A program made the translations under genes and the position numbers. DNA of 64,000 nucleotides from an uncultured Candidatus Saccharimonas sp. (GTDB taxonomy: Bacteria; Patescibacteriota; Saccharimonadia; Saccharimonadales; OMJO01). Location: contig CALRAM010000002.1 in NCBI GenBank assembly GCA_943353165.1, positions 1,716-65,715 of the forward strand, in the 5' to 3' direction. The notes under the pieces are model-generated. The model was given only the letters and a program-made list of their open reading frames with translations, did no database searches and had not been told where the DNA came from. Below are positions 42,279-52,067 of the stretch, piece after piece (positions within the stretch are counted from its first letter, which is position 1; every line of letters begins with the position of its first letter).

Positions 42279-43568
42279 ATGGGATTTTCTAAAAAAACAA
42301 TAAAAGACATAGACCTACGGGGCAAACGAGTTTTGCTGAGAGCAGACTACAATGTGCCTCTGAACAAAGCCGGCGAAATAACTACTGATTATAGGATAAA
42401 GAAATCAGTGGCAACTATAAAATACCTGCTTGACCATGGTTGTAGCGTAATAATATGTTCGCATTTGGGAAGGCCTGACGGCAAAGTGGATAAAACCTAC
42501 AGTTTGTCGCCAGTCGTTCATAGGTTGAGCAAATTGCTGGGTATGCATATATTTTTCTCGGATAATTGTGTTGGGCCAGAAGCACAGGCAGCTGCCGAAC
42601 AGTTGCAGACTGGTCAGGTTCTGGTTCTGGAAAACTTGCGCTTTCATACAGAAGAAGAAGCCAACGACGAGGATTTTGCAAAGTCATTGTCTGGGCTGGC
42701 AGATGTCTTTGTGCAGGACGCGTTTGGTGTAGTCCATAGGGCTCACGCCTCTACTGACGCCATAACCAACTACATTCCTAGCGTGGCGGGGCTGCTACTA
42801 GCCAACGAAGTAGAAACCATAAACGATGTCATGGCTGACCCAAAGCGTCCTTTGATGACAATTATTGGAGGCGCTAAAATATCTGACAAAATAGCTATTT
42901 TGAAACGATTCATAGATGTAGCAGATTTTGTGGCTGTTGGCGGGGCTATGGCCAACACTTTTCTGCTGGCAGAAAATATAAAAATAGGCAAAAGTCTGGC
43001 AGAAAAAGAGGAAGTCCCACTAGCCAGAGAAATTATTGCTCTGGCTAGGGCAAAGTCAAAAAAGACAAATTTTATATTTTATTTGCCTCAGGACGGCGTG
43101 GCCGCAAAGGGCATGACAAAGACGTCACCCACTCGCGTAGTGGATTGGGATTCGCACGTTTTCGCTGACGTAGAAAACTATCCCAAAAAAGTCCCCAGAG
43201 AAGACACCCGAATAGCTGCCGATGAAATGATTTTGGATATCGGTCCGTTTTCTGGTGCTTTTATAGCGGGTGGCATGCAACTGGCCAGTACGGTTATCTG
43301 GAATGGTGCTATGGGTGTTACAGAAATTTCTGGTCTGCAGGGTCCAGTTGGGCCTTTTTCTCATGGGACAGAACTGATAGTAGAGGCCATGCAGGGGCAA
43401 TTTGGGCATAAACCGTTTACTGTTTTGGGCGGTGGAGATACCGTAGGATATATAGAAGACCGTGGATTAACAGATAGCTTTGACCATGTTTCTACAGGTG
43501 GTGGCGCCAGTATGGAGCTTATGAGTGGCAAAAAACTACCCGGAGTAGAGGCTCTGATGAACAAATGA
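42279..43568 (+). CDS. pgk: Phosphoglycerate kinase
   Basis: RADYNVPL, SHLGRPDG, GGAKISDKI and STGGGASMELM motifs. The ATG at 42279 gives MGFSKK; the track begins at TTG 42270. Confidence 0.95.
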   Translation: MGFSKKTIKDIDLRGKRVLLRADYNVPLNKAGEITTDYRIKKSVATIKYLLDHGCSVIICSHLGRPDGKVDKTYSLSPVVHRLSKLLGMHIFFSDNCVGPEAQAAAEQLQTGQVLVLENLRFHTEEEANDEDFAKSLSGLADVFVQDAFGVVHRAHASTDAITNYIPSVAGLLLANEVETINDVMADPKRPLMTIIGGAKISDKIAILKRFIDVADFVAVGGAMANTFLLAENIKIGKSLAEKEEVPLAREIIALARAKSKKTNFIFYLPQDGVAAKGMTKTSPTRVVDWDSHVFADVENYPKKVPREDTRIAADEMILDIGPFSGAFIAGGMQLASTVIWNGAMGVTEISGLQGPVGPFSHGTELIVEAMQGQFGHKPFTVLGGGDTVGYIEDRGLTDSFDHVSTGGGASMELMSGKKLPGVEALMNK

Positions 43569-43602
43569 GTGGTACAATACCATCAAAGAAAGCACAAACA
43601 TT

Positions 43603-44406
43603 ATGCGTAGAATTCTAATAGTCGGAAACTGGAAAATGCACCTGAATGCATCTCAGGCTAGTTTGTTGGTTCATAGATTGAGCGAACGAATAAAGATTCA
43701 CCGCGACATAGAAGTCGTTTTAGCGCCCAGTATGTTATTAATTCAGCCATTGAGTTTGCAGATTGACAGGCGCAAATTTCGGCTAGCGGCCCAAAACGCC
43801 TACTTTAAAGACGAAGGCGCATACACAGGAGAAGTTAGTTTTACTATGCTCCAAGAATTGGTCCATTATGCCCTGATAGGCCATTCAGAAAGACGACATG
43901 TTTTCAACGAAAACCTAGGTTTGATACGCGACAAAGTGGCAGCCAGTGTTCGAAATAACATTACCCCTATATTGTGTGTAGGTGAAACAAAAGACGAAAA
44001 ACAAGCCAAAGAAACCAGCAGGGTTCTCCATGATCAACTGATTAGTGCGCTGAGCGATCTGACCGCCAACGAAGTCAGCGCTATGGTAATAGCATATGAG
44101 CCAGTTTGGGCTATCAGCAATGGTGCAAACTATGCAAACCACGAGGTGGCAAAACCTGACGAGGTGGCAAAAGCAGTTCAGGTTATACGGCACAATATAT
44201 TTGAGCTATATGGCAAAAAGGCTTCAGAAGAAGTCAGGGTTTTGTACGGCGGCAGTTCAAATAGCCAAAATGCACGCGCTTATCTAGAAATAGATGGCGT
44301 AGATGGGCTCTTGCCTGGCGGTGCCAGTCTAAATTATCATGAATTTTCTGCTATGGTTAATGCAGCAGACAAAATGCTAAATGACAGAAAAGGCATAGAT
44401 GAATAA
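43603..44406 (+). CDS. tpiA: Triosephosphate isomerase
   Basis: VGNWKMH, IGHSERR, AYEPVWAI and LYGGS motifs. Confidence 0.95.
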   Translation: MRRILIVGNWKMHLNASQASLLVHRLSERIKIHRDIEVVLAPSMLLIQPLSLQIDRRKFRLAAQNAYFKDEGAYTGEVSFTMLQELVHYALIGHSERRHVFNENLGLIRDKVAASVRNNITPILCVGETKDEKQAKETSRVLHDQLISALSDLTANEVSAMVIAYEPVWAISNGANYANHEVAKPDEVAKAVQVIRHNIFELYGKKASEEVRVLYGGSSNSQNARAYLEIDGVDGLLPGGASLNYHEFSAMVNAADKMLNDRKGIDE

Positions 44407-44791
44407 CAATCCAACCCAAAAAGTTTTTGATATTAGGCGTCCGGGTAATTCTCCGGCGGACACTACTTCGCGTCCAAGTATAGTTACAAATGATGGGGTA
44501 GTCAGAGATCCAACACTGACTGTCACTCAGAATCCTGCATCCGCACCTACTGGCCCACAAATTCCTGTAGAAGCCACAGCCACCGCCACCCAGATTGAAC
44601 AAACAGCTCTGGACCAGTGGTCAAAGTCAGACAACCCAAAAGTTCCAAACAGCCATTCTGGCAAATTGATACGAAATGTCTCCATAGTTTTTCTTTTTCT
44701 TTTGGTTGTTTTTTTAGGCGTTGACCTACTGATAGATGCCGGTATAGTCAAAACCTCAATTAACCCAGTCATTGACTTGATAAAGAACTGA
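44399..44791 (+). CDS. Hypothetical protein with C-terminal TM segment
   Basis: 130 aa with a low-complexity N-terminal half and one TM segment (VSIVFLFLLVVFLGVDLLI). Overlaps the tpiA stop by 8 nt. Confidence 0.5.
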   Translation: MNNNPTQKVFDIRRPGNSPADTTSRPSIVTNDGVVRDPTLTVTQNPASAPTGPQIPVEATATATQIEQTALDQWSKSDNPKVPNSHSGKLIRNVSIVFLFLLVVFLGVDLLIDAGIVKTSINPVIDLIKN

Positions 44792-44854
44792 ATAGAAATT
44801 TGATAAGTAGAGTTAACAACAGCCTGCGCGGCGAAAACTTGCTAAAATAGACAG

Positions 44855-47011
44855 GTGCCAACAGATTTACTAACAGGACTAAATTCTGAACAAGCTCGCG
44901 CCGTAGAGACGACGGAGGGGCCGCTTTTGATATTGGCCGGTGCGGGTAGTGGCAAAACCATGACGCTAACCCATCGTATTGCATATCTGATAGCTACCCA
45001 CAAAGCAACACCCTTTAATATATTGGCTGTAACTTTTACCAACAAAGCCGCCAAAGAGATGCGTGAACGAGTGGCAAAGCTGCTGGGCGAAAATGCAAAC
45101 AACAGGTCTTTTATGCCTTATATGGGAACATTTCATGGTATTTGCGTGCGACTTTTGCGTCAAGACGGCGAGCATGTAGGCTTGCCCAAAAATTTTGTAA
45201 TATTTGACGAAGGCGACCGTTTGGCGGCCATAAAACGGGCCAGCCGACAACTGATGTTGGACGAAAAAGCATTCCCACCACGAACTCTTTCGGGGTTGAT
45301 AAGCAATGCCAAAAACGAGCTAGTTACGCCCAGTGAATATACCGGCATAGGTAGCGGTCCAATACATAAAGCGGCCGCCAGTATCTATCCTGTTTATGAA
45401 AAGATTTTGAAAGAAAACTCGGCGTTGGATTTTGATGATCTGATTTCTAAAACGGTTACATTGCTAAAAAACAATGAACCTATTCGCGAAAAATGGCGAA
45501 AACAGTTTGGCTACATAATGATAGATGAATACCAAGACACCAATGCGGCACAGTACAAACTGATACAGCTATTAACCAACAAAAAAAACAATATTGCAGT
45601 AGTTGGCGATGATTGGCAATCGATTTATTCGTGGCGTGGAGCGGATTTTAGAAACATACTAAAGTTTGAAAAAGACTACCCAACAGTGAACATAATCAAG
45701 TTAGAGCAAAATTATAGGAGCACAAAATCCATATTGGATGCTGCTCATTCTGTCATAACCAAAAACAGTCATCGTTCCGACAAAAAACTCTGGACGGCGG
45801 CGGGCGAAGGCCAACCAGTTTCTATAAGCCAGTTATCAAATGAACGAGCAGAAGGTGAGTTTATAGTTCGTAGAGTCCAAAACGCAGTTGATGCTAGGTT
45901 TCGAAGGTTCGAAGATTTTGCTGTTTTGTACAGGACTAACGCCCAAAGTCGTATCATTGAAGAAACAATGATAAGGTATGGCATACCCTATCGTATAGTT
46001 GGTGGACAGAGGTTTTATGACCGCAAGGAAATAAAAGATATTATGGGCTATCTGCGACTAATATATCAGCCAAATGACCGCGTCAGTTTTGAGCGAATAG
46101 TAAATGTGCCAACCCGCGGTATTGGGGTCAAATCTGTTCAAACCTTTTTGCAGTGGCAACAGTCAGGCGAGTTGTCGTTACAGCAGGCACTGGACAGTGT
46201 TTCTGACTGCACAGACCTGACGCCAAAAGCCAGAAAGAGTCTGGGCGAACTAGGCGACATCATCAGCTCGCTACGCGATTTGGTAGAACAAACTACATTG
46301 CCTGGACTGATGGATAGTTTGCTGAGACGCATTGATTATATGAACTTTTTGGACGACAAAACTCCTCAGGGCGAATCCAGGCAAGAAAACATAAAAGAGC
46401 TGGTAAGTGTGGCTCAGAATTATGACGAGCTGGGACTAGACGGGTTTTTAGCAGAAATGGCACTGATCAGCGATGCCGACAATGTAGACTATGGCAATAA
46501 CGCCGTAACATTGATGACTCTACACGCCGCCAAAGGGTTGGAGTTTCCTGTGGTTTTTATGACAGGGCTGGAAGAGTCCATTTTCCCGCATTCCAGAGCA
46601 ATGTACGACCAGTCAGAAATGGAAGAAGAGCGCAGGTTGTGTTACGTTGGGATGACACGGGCTAGGGAAGAACTCCACATTAGCTATGCTAGTTGCCGGA
46701 TGCTTTATGGCGGCCTGCAACATAATCCGCCCAGTCGTTTTCTGTCCGAAATCGATGGTGAATTTCAGGCAGATACCACAGCTAGTTTTGGTGGCCTGCT
46801 ATCAGGTTATGACGAAGTACCAGCCACGACACCAACAATGTCAGGAGAGCCTAGGTACGTTCCGGATTTGAACGAAGGTGATGGAGTAAAGCATCAGTTG
46901 TTTGGGGTAGGGACAGTTTTGGAAATTGACGGCGATAACGCCACGATATATTTCAAAGGCAAAGGCACCAAAAAGCTAAATATATCTTTTGCTCCACTGG
47001 AAAAGTTGTGA
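44855..47011 (+). CDS. pcrA: ATP-dependent DNA helicase PcrA/UvrD family
   Basis: GAGSGKT, DEYQDTN, VGDDWQSIYSWRGA, TLHAAKGLEF and VGMTRA motifs. GTG start. Confidence 0.9.
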   Translation: MPTDLLTGLNSEQARAVETTEGPLLILAGAGSGKTMTLTHRIAYLIATHKATPFNILAVTFTNKAAKEMRERVAKLLGENANNRSFMPYMGTFHGICVRLLRQDGEHVGLPKNFVIFDEGDRLAAIKRASRQLMLDEKAFPPRTLSGLISNAKNELVTPSEYTGIGSGPIHKAAASIYPVYEKILKENSALDFDDLISKTVTLLKNNEPIREKWRKQFGYIMIDEYQDTNAAQYKLIQLLTNKKNNIAVVGDDWQSIYSWRGADFRNILKFEKDYPTVNIIKLEQNYRSTKSILDAAHSVITKNSHRSDKKLWTAAGEGQPVSISQLSNERAEGEFIVRRVQNAVDARFRRFEDFAVLYRTNAQSRIIEETMIRYGIPYRIVGGQRFYDRKEIKDIMGYLRLIYQPNDRVSFERIVNVPTRGIGVKSVQTFLQWQQSGELSLQQALDSVSDCTDLTPKARKSLGELGDIISSLRDLVEQTTLPGLMDSLLRRIDYMNFLDDKTPQGESRQENIKELVSVAQNYDELGLDGFLAEMALISDADNVDYGNNAVTLMTLHAAKGLEFPVVFMTGLEESIFPHSRAMYDQSEMEEERRLCYVGMTRAREELHISYASCRMLYGGLQHNPPSRFLSEIDGEFQADTTASFGGLLSGYDEVPATTPTMSGEPRYVPDLNEGDGVKHQLFGVGTVLEIDGDNATIYFKGKGTKKLNISFAPLEKL

Positions 47012-47472
47012 ACAAAATATCTGTTTTAGCGGGTAGGATGGTTTTCTGGGCTGGTTGGCCAGTACTTTGGATATATTTGCTTCGTAGTACCAGAACACGA
47101 ATAATAATAGAATTCGACGGTAAAATATTGGTCTTAAAAAATCGGCTAAACAACAATAGGTGGTCTCTGCCCGGTGGTGGATTGCATCGTGGCGAAGACC
47201 CGACAAACGGGGTCGTCAGGGAACTATACGAAGAAACGGGCATAAGTATAAAAACAACAGATGTCGCAGAGATATCTAGGGGCAAAATAAACCACAGGGG
47301 ACTACGTTATAGCGTCGTAAGTTTTTGCGCCAAAATGGTCAGCAGCCCCGTGCTGAATATACAACGATTAGAAGTAGCTGAAGCAAGCTGGTTAATGCCA
47401 GAGGATTTGGACATTTCAAACACTAGCCATGACGCCATGATGATCATTGATCAGTGGAAACAGGGGCGGTAA
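47008..47472 (+). CDS. NUDIX hydrolase
   Basis: Intact Nudix box GGGLHRGEDPTNGVVRELYEETGI. The GTG start overlaps the pcrA stop. Confidence 0.8.
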   Translation: MNKISVLAGRMVFWAGWPVLWIYLLRSTRTRIIIEFDGKILVLKNRLNNNRWSLPGGGLHRGEDPTNGVVRELYEETGISIKTTDVAEISRGKINHRGLRYSVVSFCAKMVSSPVLNIQRLEVAEASWLMPEDLDISNTSHDAMMIIDQWKQGR

Positions 47473-47549
47473 TTTGCTATACTGACAGTAGCGTAGTTCA
47501 ATAAAAACGAACTACAAATAAAAAGTTTTGTCCGTCGCAGTCAAATATT

Positions 47550-48827
47550 ATGAAAAAATCTATCTATGCTATAAAACAAAAAGCCTTGTCGAGAAACAAG
47601 CACTTTTTGAAGTTAAAAAACCACCCATTTTTGGTACCTGTATCGACTTTTTTGGTTATGATGATTTTGACAGCTGGTTTATTGGTAGCTACAAACGGAC
47701 AAACTGTAGCGTCTAGCGATTCGCATATAGTAAAGCTCAGTATCAATGGCAAACAAAAAGTCATTCCTACTCGGGCCAAAACTGTCGGAGAACTGTTGCA
47801 AAGATCAAATGTAGTTATGAACGAAGGCGATGTTGTAGAGCCCGCAAAAGACACACCAATAGTTGACGATGATTTTCGGGTAAACCTATACAGAGCTCGT
47901 CCAGTTACGGTATACGACGGAGAAAAACGCATTCAGGCTTTGAGTGCAGCTACAACTCCAAGGAGTGTTGCCATTCAGGTAGGACTGACCGTGTACCCAG
48001 AAGACTACATAAACGTTGTCAGTAATGATGCCAGCTTAAAAGACAATATTATAGGCCAAAAAATTGCCATAGACAGAGCATCGTTGGCATATATTAATTT
48101 GTATGGAACACCTCTAACTGTACGGACTCACGCCAAAACTGTAGGCGAGCTAATAAAAGAAAAGGGCATAAAATTGGCGGGCGATGACACCTTGCGTCCC
48201 GATTCTGCCGTTTTGCTAACTCCTACAACTCAGGTCTTTATAATTGGCAACGGTATAAAGGTTGTTGCACTAGAAGAGGATATACCTATGCCCGAAGAAA
48301 TTATCGATGACCCAAATCTTAGCTTTGGTACTTCGGCAATACGTCAAAATGGATCAGCCGGCAAAAGGACATCAACATATCAGATAGAAGTTCAAAAGGG
48401 TGTAGAGATTAGCAGAAAACTTCTCCAAACTGTAGTTACAGTAGAACCTGTGAAGCAGATAGTGGCCAGAGGAAAGGCAATATACATACCCGAAGACAAG
48501 TCGGTATGGATGTCGGCGGCAGGCATAGAGCCCGGAGATTACCCGTATGTTAATTACATTATTAGTCACGAATCTGGCTGGTGCCCTTCGAAATGGCAAG
48601 GACAAATTGGCTACTGCCCAGCATTTTATACGCAGCTGCACGACCCTAGCAGTGGTTATGGGTTTGGGCTCTGTCAATCTACTCCAGCCATAAAAATGGC
48701 TTCGGCGGGCGCGGATTGGAGCACCAGCCCTATTACGCAACTTCGCTGGTGTTCTGGCTATGCTAAAGCACGATACGGTAGCTGGGGTGCAGCTTATAAT
48801 CATTGGCTGAGTAGCCGCAACTGGTAG
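47550..48827 (+). CDS. DUF348/G5-domain cell-wall protein with C-terminal lysozyme-like (transglycosylase-type) domain
   Basis: N-terminal TM segment, repeated DUF348-like units (KTVGELL...L.P.D.V), a G5-like segment (GSAGKRTSTYQIEVQKG), and a Cys/Trp-rich C-terminal domain (ISHESGWCPSKW..GLCQSTP). Confidence 0.6.
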   Translation: MKKSIYAIKQKALSRNKHFLKLKNHPFLVPVSTFLVMMILTAGLLVATNGQTVASSDSHIVKLSINGKQKVIPTRAKTVGELLQRSNVVMNEGDVVEPAKDTPIVDDDFRVNLYRARPVTVYDGEKRIQALSAATTPRSVAIQVGLTVYPEDYINVVSNDASLKDNIIGQKIAIDRASLAYINLYGTPLTVRTHAKTVGELIKEKGIKLAGDDTLRPDSAVLLTPTTQVFIIGNGIKVVALEEDIPMPEEIIDDPNLSFGTSAIRQNGSAGKRTSTYQIEVQKGVEISRKLLQTVVTVEPVKQIVARGKAIYIPEDKSVWMSAAGIEPGDYPYVNYIISHESGWCPSKWQGQIGYCPAFYTQLHDPSSGYGFGLCQSTPAIKMASAGADWSTSPITQLRWCSGYAKARYGSWGAAYNHWLSSRNW

Positions 48828-48829
48828 TT

Positions 48830-49630
48830 ATGGAAAATGCCCTACCAAAGAAATCACTAGGACAGCACTGGCTAAATGACCCAGCTAGCTTGGCCTCTAT
48901 CTGCGAGATGGCAGACCTAAATCCAAAAGACACCGTTCTAGAGATTGGTCCTGGGCACGGCTCCTTGACCCAAAACTTGACACTTTTAGCAAATAACGTA
49001 GTGGCAGTAGAGTTCGATGATCATCTGGCAGCTCAGTTACCGCTAAGGGTTAGGGTTGAAAACCTAAAAGTTGTACATGAAGATATATTAAAATACGATC
49101 TAACTAAGTTGCCGATTGATTACAAGGTAGTCGCTAACATTCCGTATTATTTGACCAGCAATTTGCTAAGAGTTCTTTGCGAATCAGACAATCCTCCGAC
49201 CTTGATGGTTTTGTTGGTCCAAAAAGAAGTCGCCCAGCGAGTTTGCGCCCCTGCCGGCAGCATGTCCATGTTGTCCGTCAGTGTGCAGTTTTACTACACT
49301 GCAGAGCTAGGGGCAATTGTGCCGGCAAAACTGTTTACGCCTCCACCAAAGGTTGATTCGCAAATATTAAAATTGACTAGACATAAAGCGGAGCTGTTTC
49401 CGGGAATCAATACAAAGAATTTTTTTAGAGTTGTAAAATCCGGTTTTGCAAATCGTCGAAAGACACTGGCCAATTCGCTTTCGGCAGGGCTACACATTTC
49501 AAAAACAGAAGCTGCAGCGTTTATAGGTTTAGCCAAATTAACTATAAATGCTCGCCCCCAAGAATTGTCTCTGACCGATTGGCACAATCTATATCTGGCA
49601 ATTATTACCACCGATATACTTCAAAAATAA
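48830..49630 (+). CDS. rsmA: 16S rRNA (adenine1518/1519-N6)-dimethyltransferase
   Basis: LGQHWL, LEIGPGHGSLT, ANIPYYLTS and RRKTL motifs. Confidence 0.9.
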   Translation: MENALPKKSLGQHWLNDPASLASICEMADLNPKDTVLEIGPGHGSLTQNLTLLANNVVAVEFDDHLAAQLPLRVRVENLKVVHEDILKYDLTKLPIDYKVVANIPYYLTSNLLRVLCESDNPPTLMVLLVQKEVAQRVCAPAGSMSMLSVSVQFYYTAELGAIVPAKLFTPPPKVDSQILKLTRHKAELFPGINTKNFFRVVKSGFANRRKTLANSLSAGLHISKTEAAAFIGLAKLTINARPQELSLTDWHNLYLAIITTDILQK

Positions 49631-49706
49631 AAACTCCCCTGCCCTATAAATACTTGACTTGTTAAGTATTTACCTACTACAATGAGTTAGTTAGGAAAAA
49701 ATCTAT

Positions 49707-50156
49707 ATGTCCCCTACCAATAACATTGGCTATATGCTGCACCACTTGTCTTTTGTTCTGGCTCGCCAGTCTGATCAGGTTTTGCAGGAACAGCTGGGCA
49801 TAGGGTTTTCTCAGTTCAAGATACTGATGGCTCTACAAATAGGACCCAGTGTCCAGCAGAGGCAAATAGCCGACAAATTGGGTCAAACAGAAGCCAGCAT
49901 TAGCCGTCAAATAAAACTGATGCACGAACAGGGCCTACTAGTCAGCATTAAAAATCCCCAAAACAAAAGAGAGCACATAACACGTGCCTCGACAAAAGGC
50001 GAAAGATTGACCAACAAAGCCAACGAGGTTTTGAATGCATATCATTCCCCAATGTTTCATCACCTAAATGTCAAGCAGCAGGAACAACTGCTAGAAATCT
50101 TAGCTATAATGCACGATTATGCTTGCGTCAGTACAGTTCATCATCTAGATAAATAA
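49707..50156 (+). CDS. MarR-family transcriptional regulator
   Basis: 149 aa with a winged-helix pattern (FKILMAL...QRQIADKLGQTEASISRQIKLMHEQGLL). Located upstream of an MFS pump. Confidence 0.75.
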   Translation: MSPTNNIGYMLHHLSFVLARQSDQVLQEQLGIGFSQFKILMALQIGPSVQQRQIADKLGQTEASISRQIKLMHEQGLLVSIKNPQNKREHITRASTKGERLTNKANEVLNAYHSPMFHHLNVKQQEQLLEILAIMHDYACVSTVHHLDK

Positions 50157-50174
50157 ACGGAAAGATAATTCAAA

Positions 50175-51494
50175 ATGGAACAAACAAGCACAAACCCAGT
50201 ACGACGAGCCCTACCGGCTGCACTATTGACAGTTTTTATAGACGCAGTTGGTGTGGCAATCATAATACCGGTTTACATTCTGTTGGTATTGCCTGGACCA
50301 CAGAGAGTCATACCGGCTGGTTGGTCGTTGCAAAGTGGATTTATTTTTTTGGGTTGGCTGACAGGAATTTATTCTTTGTGCGTATTTTTGGCAGCCCCTC
50401 TACTAGGCGAGTTATCGGATCGTTATGGTCGAAAGCCAGTTTTAGCAATTAGTTTGTTCGGTACGGCTATCAGCTATGCGCTATTTGCCTTTGGGATTAG
50501 AGAACACAGCATTGCCCTACTAATTGCTGGGCGCGCTTTGGACGGTATAACAGGAGGAAATATAGCTGTAGCTAGAGCCGTTATTGGCGATATAAGCGAT
50601 AAAAAAACCAGGGTTCGTAACTATGGACTTATCGGTGCAATGTTTGGTATAGGTTTTGTTCTGGGGCCCTACTTGGGCGGTAGATTAGCTAGTCCAGGTA
50701 TACCGTTAATAAATATTTTTGGGCATCAGTTACTGAGAACGCCTTCATGGTTCAATGCTCAAACGCCCTTTTGGTTTGCTATGATTTTATCTCTAATTGA
50801 CGTAGTGGTTATTTTGTTTGTGCTACCAGAAACGCTGAGAAAAAAAATAAATAACGGAAGATTACATTTGGCACAGTCTTTTCATAATATTGCCAGAGCC
50901 TTCAGGCTGCCAGACCTGAGACCAATATTTGCTACGAGTTTTTTGTTTAGCAGCGGGTTTACTTTTTTTACAACATTTTTTGGGATAAACTTGGCAAGAC
51001 GATTGGGTTTTGCGCCTAGCAATATAGCTGATTTCTTTAGTTATATAGGTATATGTATAGCAGTTATGCAGGGCGTAGTGGTGCCTTTGATAGCCAGGAA
51101 GTTTACAATTCACAGAGTGCTACAATTCTCGTTTTTCGGGCTATCGTTAGCTATATTGGGCCTTTTTCTACCTAAAAATACCACACAATTGCTGTTGATT
51201 GCGCCTGCTATACCGCTGTTTGTAGCACCAATTATGGCCAATATGATTTCTCTGGTAAGCGCCATTGCTGGGCCAGACAGACAAGGCGAAGTTATGGGCA
51301 TAAACAGTTCCGTCGAAGCATTGGCCCAGGGCATACCTGCTGTGTTGTCTGGATATCTGGCGTCCATTTATGTAGGCTTGCCACTGATTGTTTCTGCTAT
51401 AACTCTGGCCACAGCTGGTACAGTTTTTTGTGTTTTTGTCAAAAAGTCTAAATTGCCAAAAGAATTACAAACACTTCACGGCTCTGCAAATTAA
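50175..51494 (+). CDS. MFS transporter (drug:H+ antiporter-like)
   Basis: 12 predicted TM segments. MFS motif A GELSDRYGRKPVL. Confidence 0.8.
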   Translation: MEQTSTNPVRRALPAALLTVFIDAVGVAIIIPVYILLVLPGPQRVIPAGWSLQSGFIFLGWLTGIYSLCVFLAAPLLGELSDRYGRKPVLAISLFGTAISYALFAFGIREHSIALLIAGRALDGITGGNIAVARAVIGDISDKKTRVRNYGLIGAMFGIGFVLGPYLGGRLASPGIPLINIFGHQLLRTPSWFNAQTPFWFAMILSLIDVVVILFVLPETLRKKINNGRLHLAQSFHNIARAFRLPDLRPIFATSFLFSSGFTFFTTFFGINLARRLGFAPSNIADFFSYIGICIAVMQGVVVPLIARKFTIHRVLQFSFFGLSLAILGLFLPKNTTQLLLIAPAIPLFVAPIMANMISLVSAIAGPDRQGEVMGINSSVEALAQGIPAVLSGYLASIYVGLPLIVSAITLATAGTVFCVFVKKSKLPKELQTLHGSAN

Positions 51495-51498
51495 AAAA

Positions 51499-51522
51499 GC
51501 ACCTCTTGCGAGATGCGTTTTT
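51499..51522 (+). terminator. Rho-independent terminator after the MFS gene
   Basis: GCACCTC-TTGC-GAGATGC (one mismatch) followed by GTTTTT. It abuts the 3' end of the convergent tmRNA gene. Confidence 0.55.
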
Positions 51523-51929
51523 GGAGGAGCTGGCGGGTACTGCCCCCGCGTCCATCGGTTTACAATGTTAGTCTTCTACAAGCATAGGTCGTTTAATATA
51601 AAGACAATATAACCGTTAAACGACCAAAAAGTTATACGTCTTTGGTTCAAAAGTCTTAGCAAATGCATAGAACCAAGTGCATTTGAGCGATCAGATATAT
51701 GACATGCGTTTGAACTCTATCTGATGTCGAGTTCTGCACGGCTCTAGGGTTTTACGCTAAAGCTGGTGCAAAGCTAGGTACTGTAAACAGACTAGCTAAG
51801 CGTTGAGTAAATGATTTTGCATTTATTCGGTTTGTCTATTTAAATCTTACAAAAAAGTAGGACTTTCGCTGACAAGCGGCTTGCGAACTAACTTGTAAAG
51901 GTCCAATGTCGAGCTTAAAATTCAGCCCC
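51522..51929 (-). ncRNA. ssrA: tmRNA (SsrA)
   Basis: The minus strand starts GGGGCTGAATTTTAAGCTCGACATTGG and ends GGACGCGGGGGCAGTACCCGCCAGCTCCTCCA. The acceptor GGGGCTG/CAGCTCC carries the G3:U70 Ala identity pair. Candidate tag ORF at 51820-51752: GCA AAA ... GCT TTA GCG TAA = AKSFTQRLASLFTVPSFAPALA. Confidence 0.8.
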
Positions 51930-51938
51930 ATAAATATT

Positions 51939-51967
51939 ATTTTAACAAATAAAGTAGTTTTTTGCAA
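51939..51967 (-). promoter_or_regulatory. Sigma70-like promoter for ssrA
   Basis: Minus-sense TTGCAA, 17-nt spacer, TAAAAT, ending 9 nt before the GGGG 5' end. Confidence 0.5.
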
Positions 51968-52067
51968 GCCGCTAACGGCTTGGGATAGTACAAGCTAAAA
52001 AAGCACTACCACTATTTCTATTTTTACGATACCATTAGAACAATGATTATAAAAGGAGAACTTTTTA

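Noticed and set aside
44399-44791. SecG, which often follows pgk-tpiA
   Set aside because: The protein is 130 aa with a single C-terminal TM segment and a long low-complexity N-terminus. This does not fit the ~75-aa two-TM SecG pattern.
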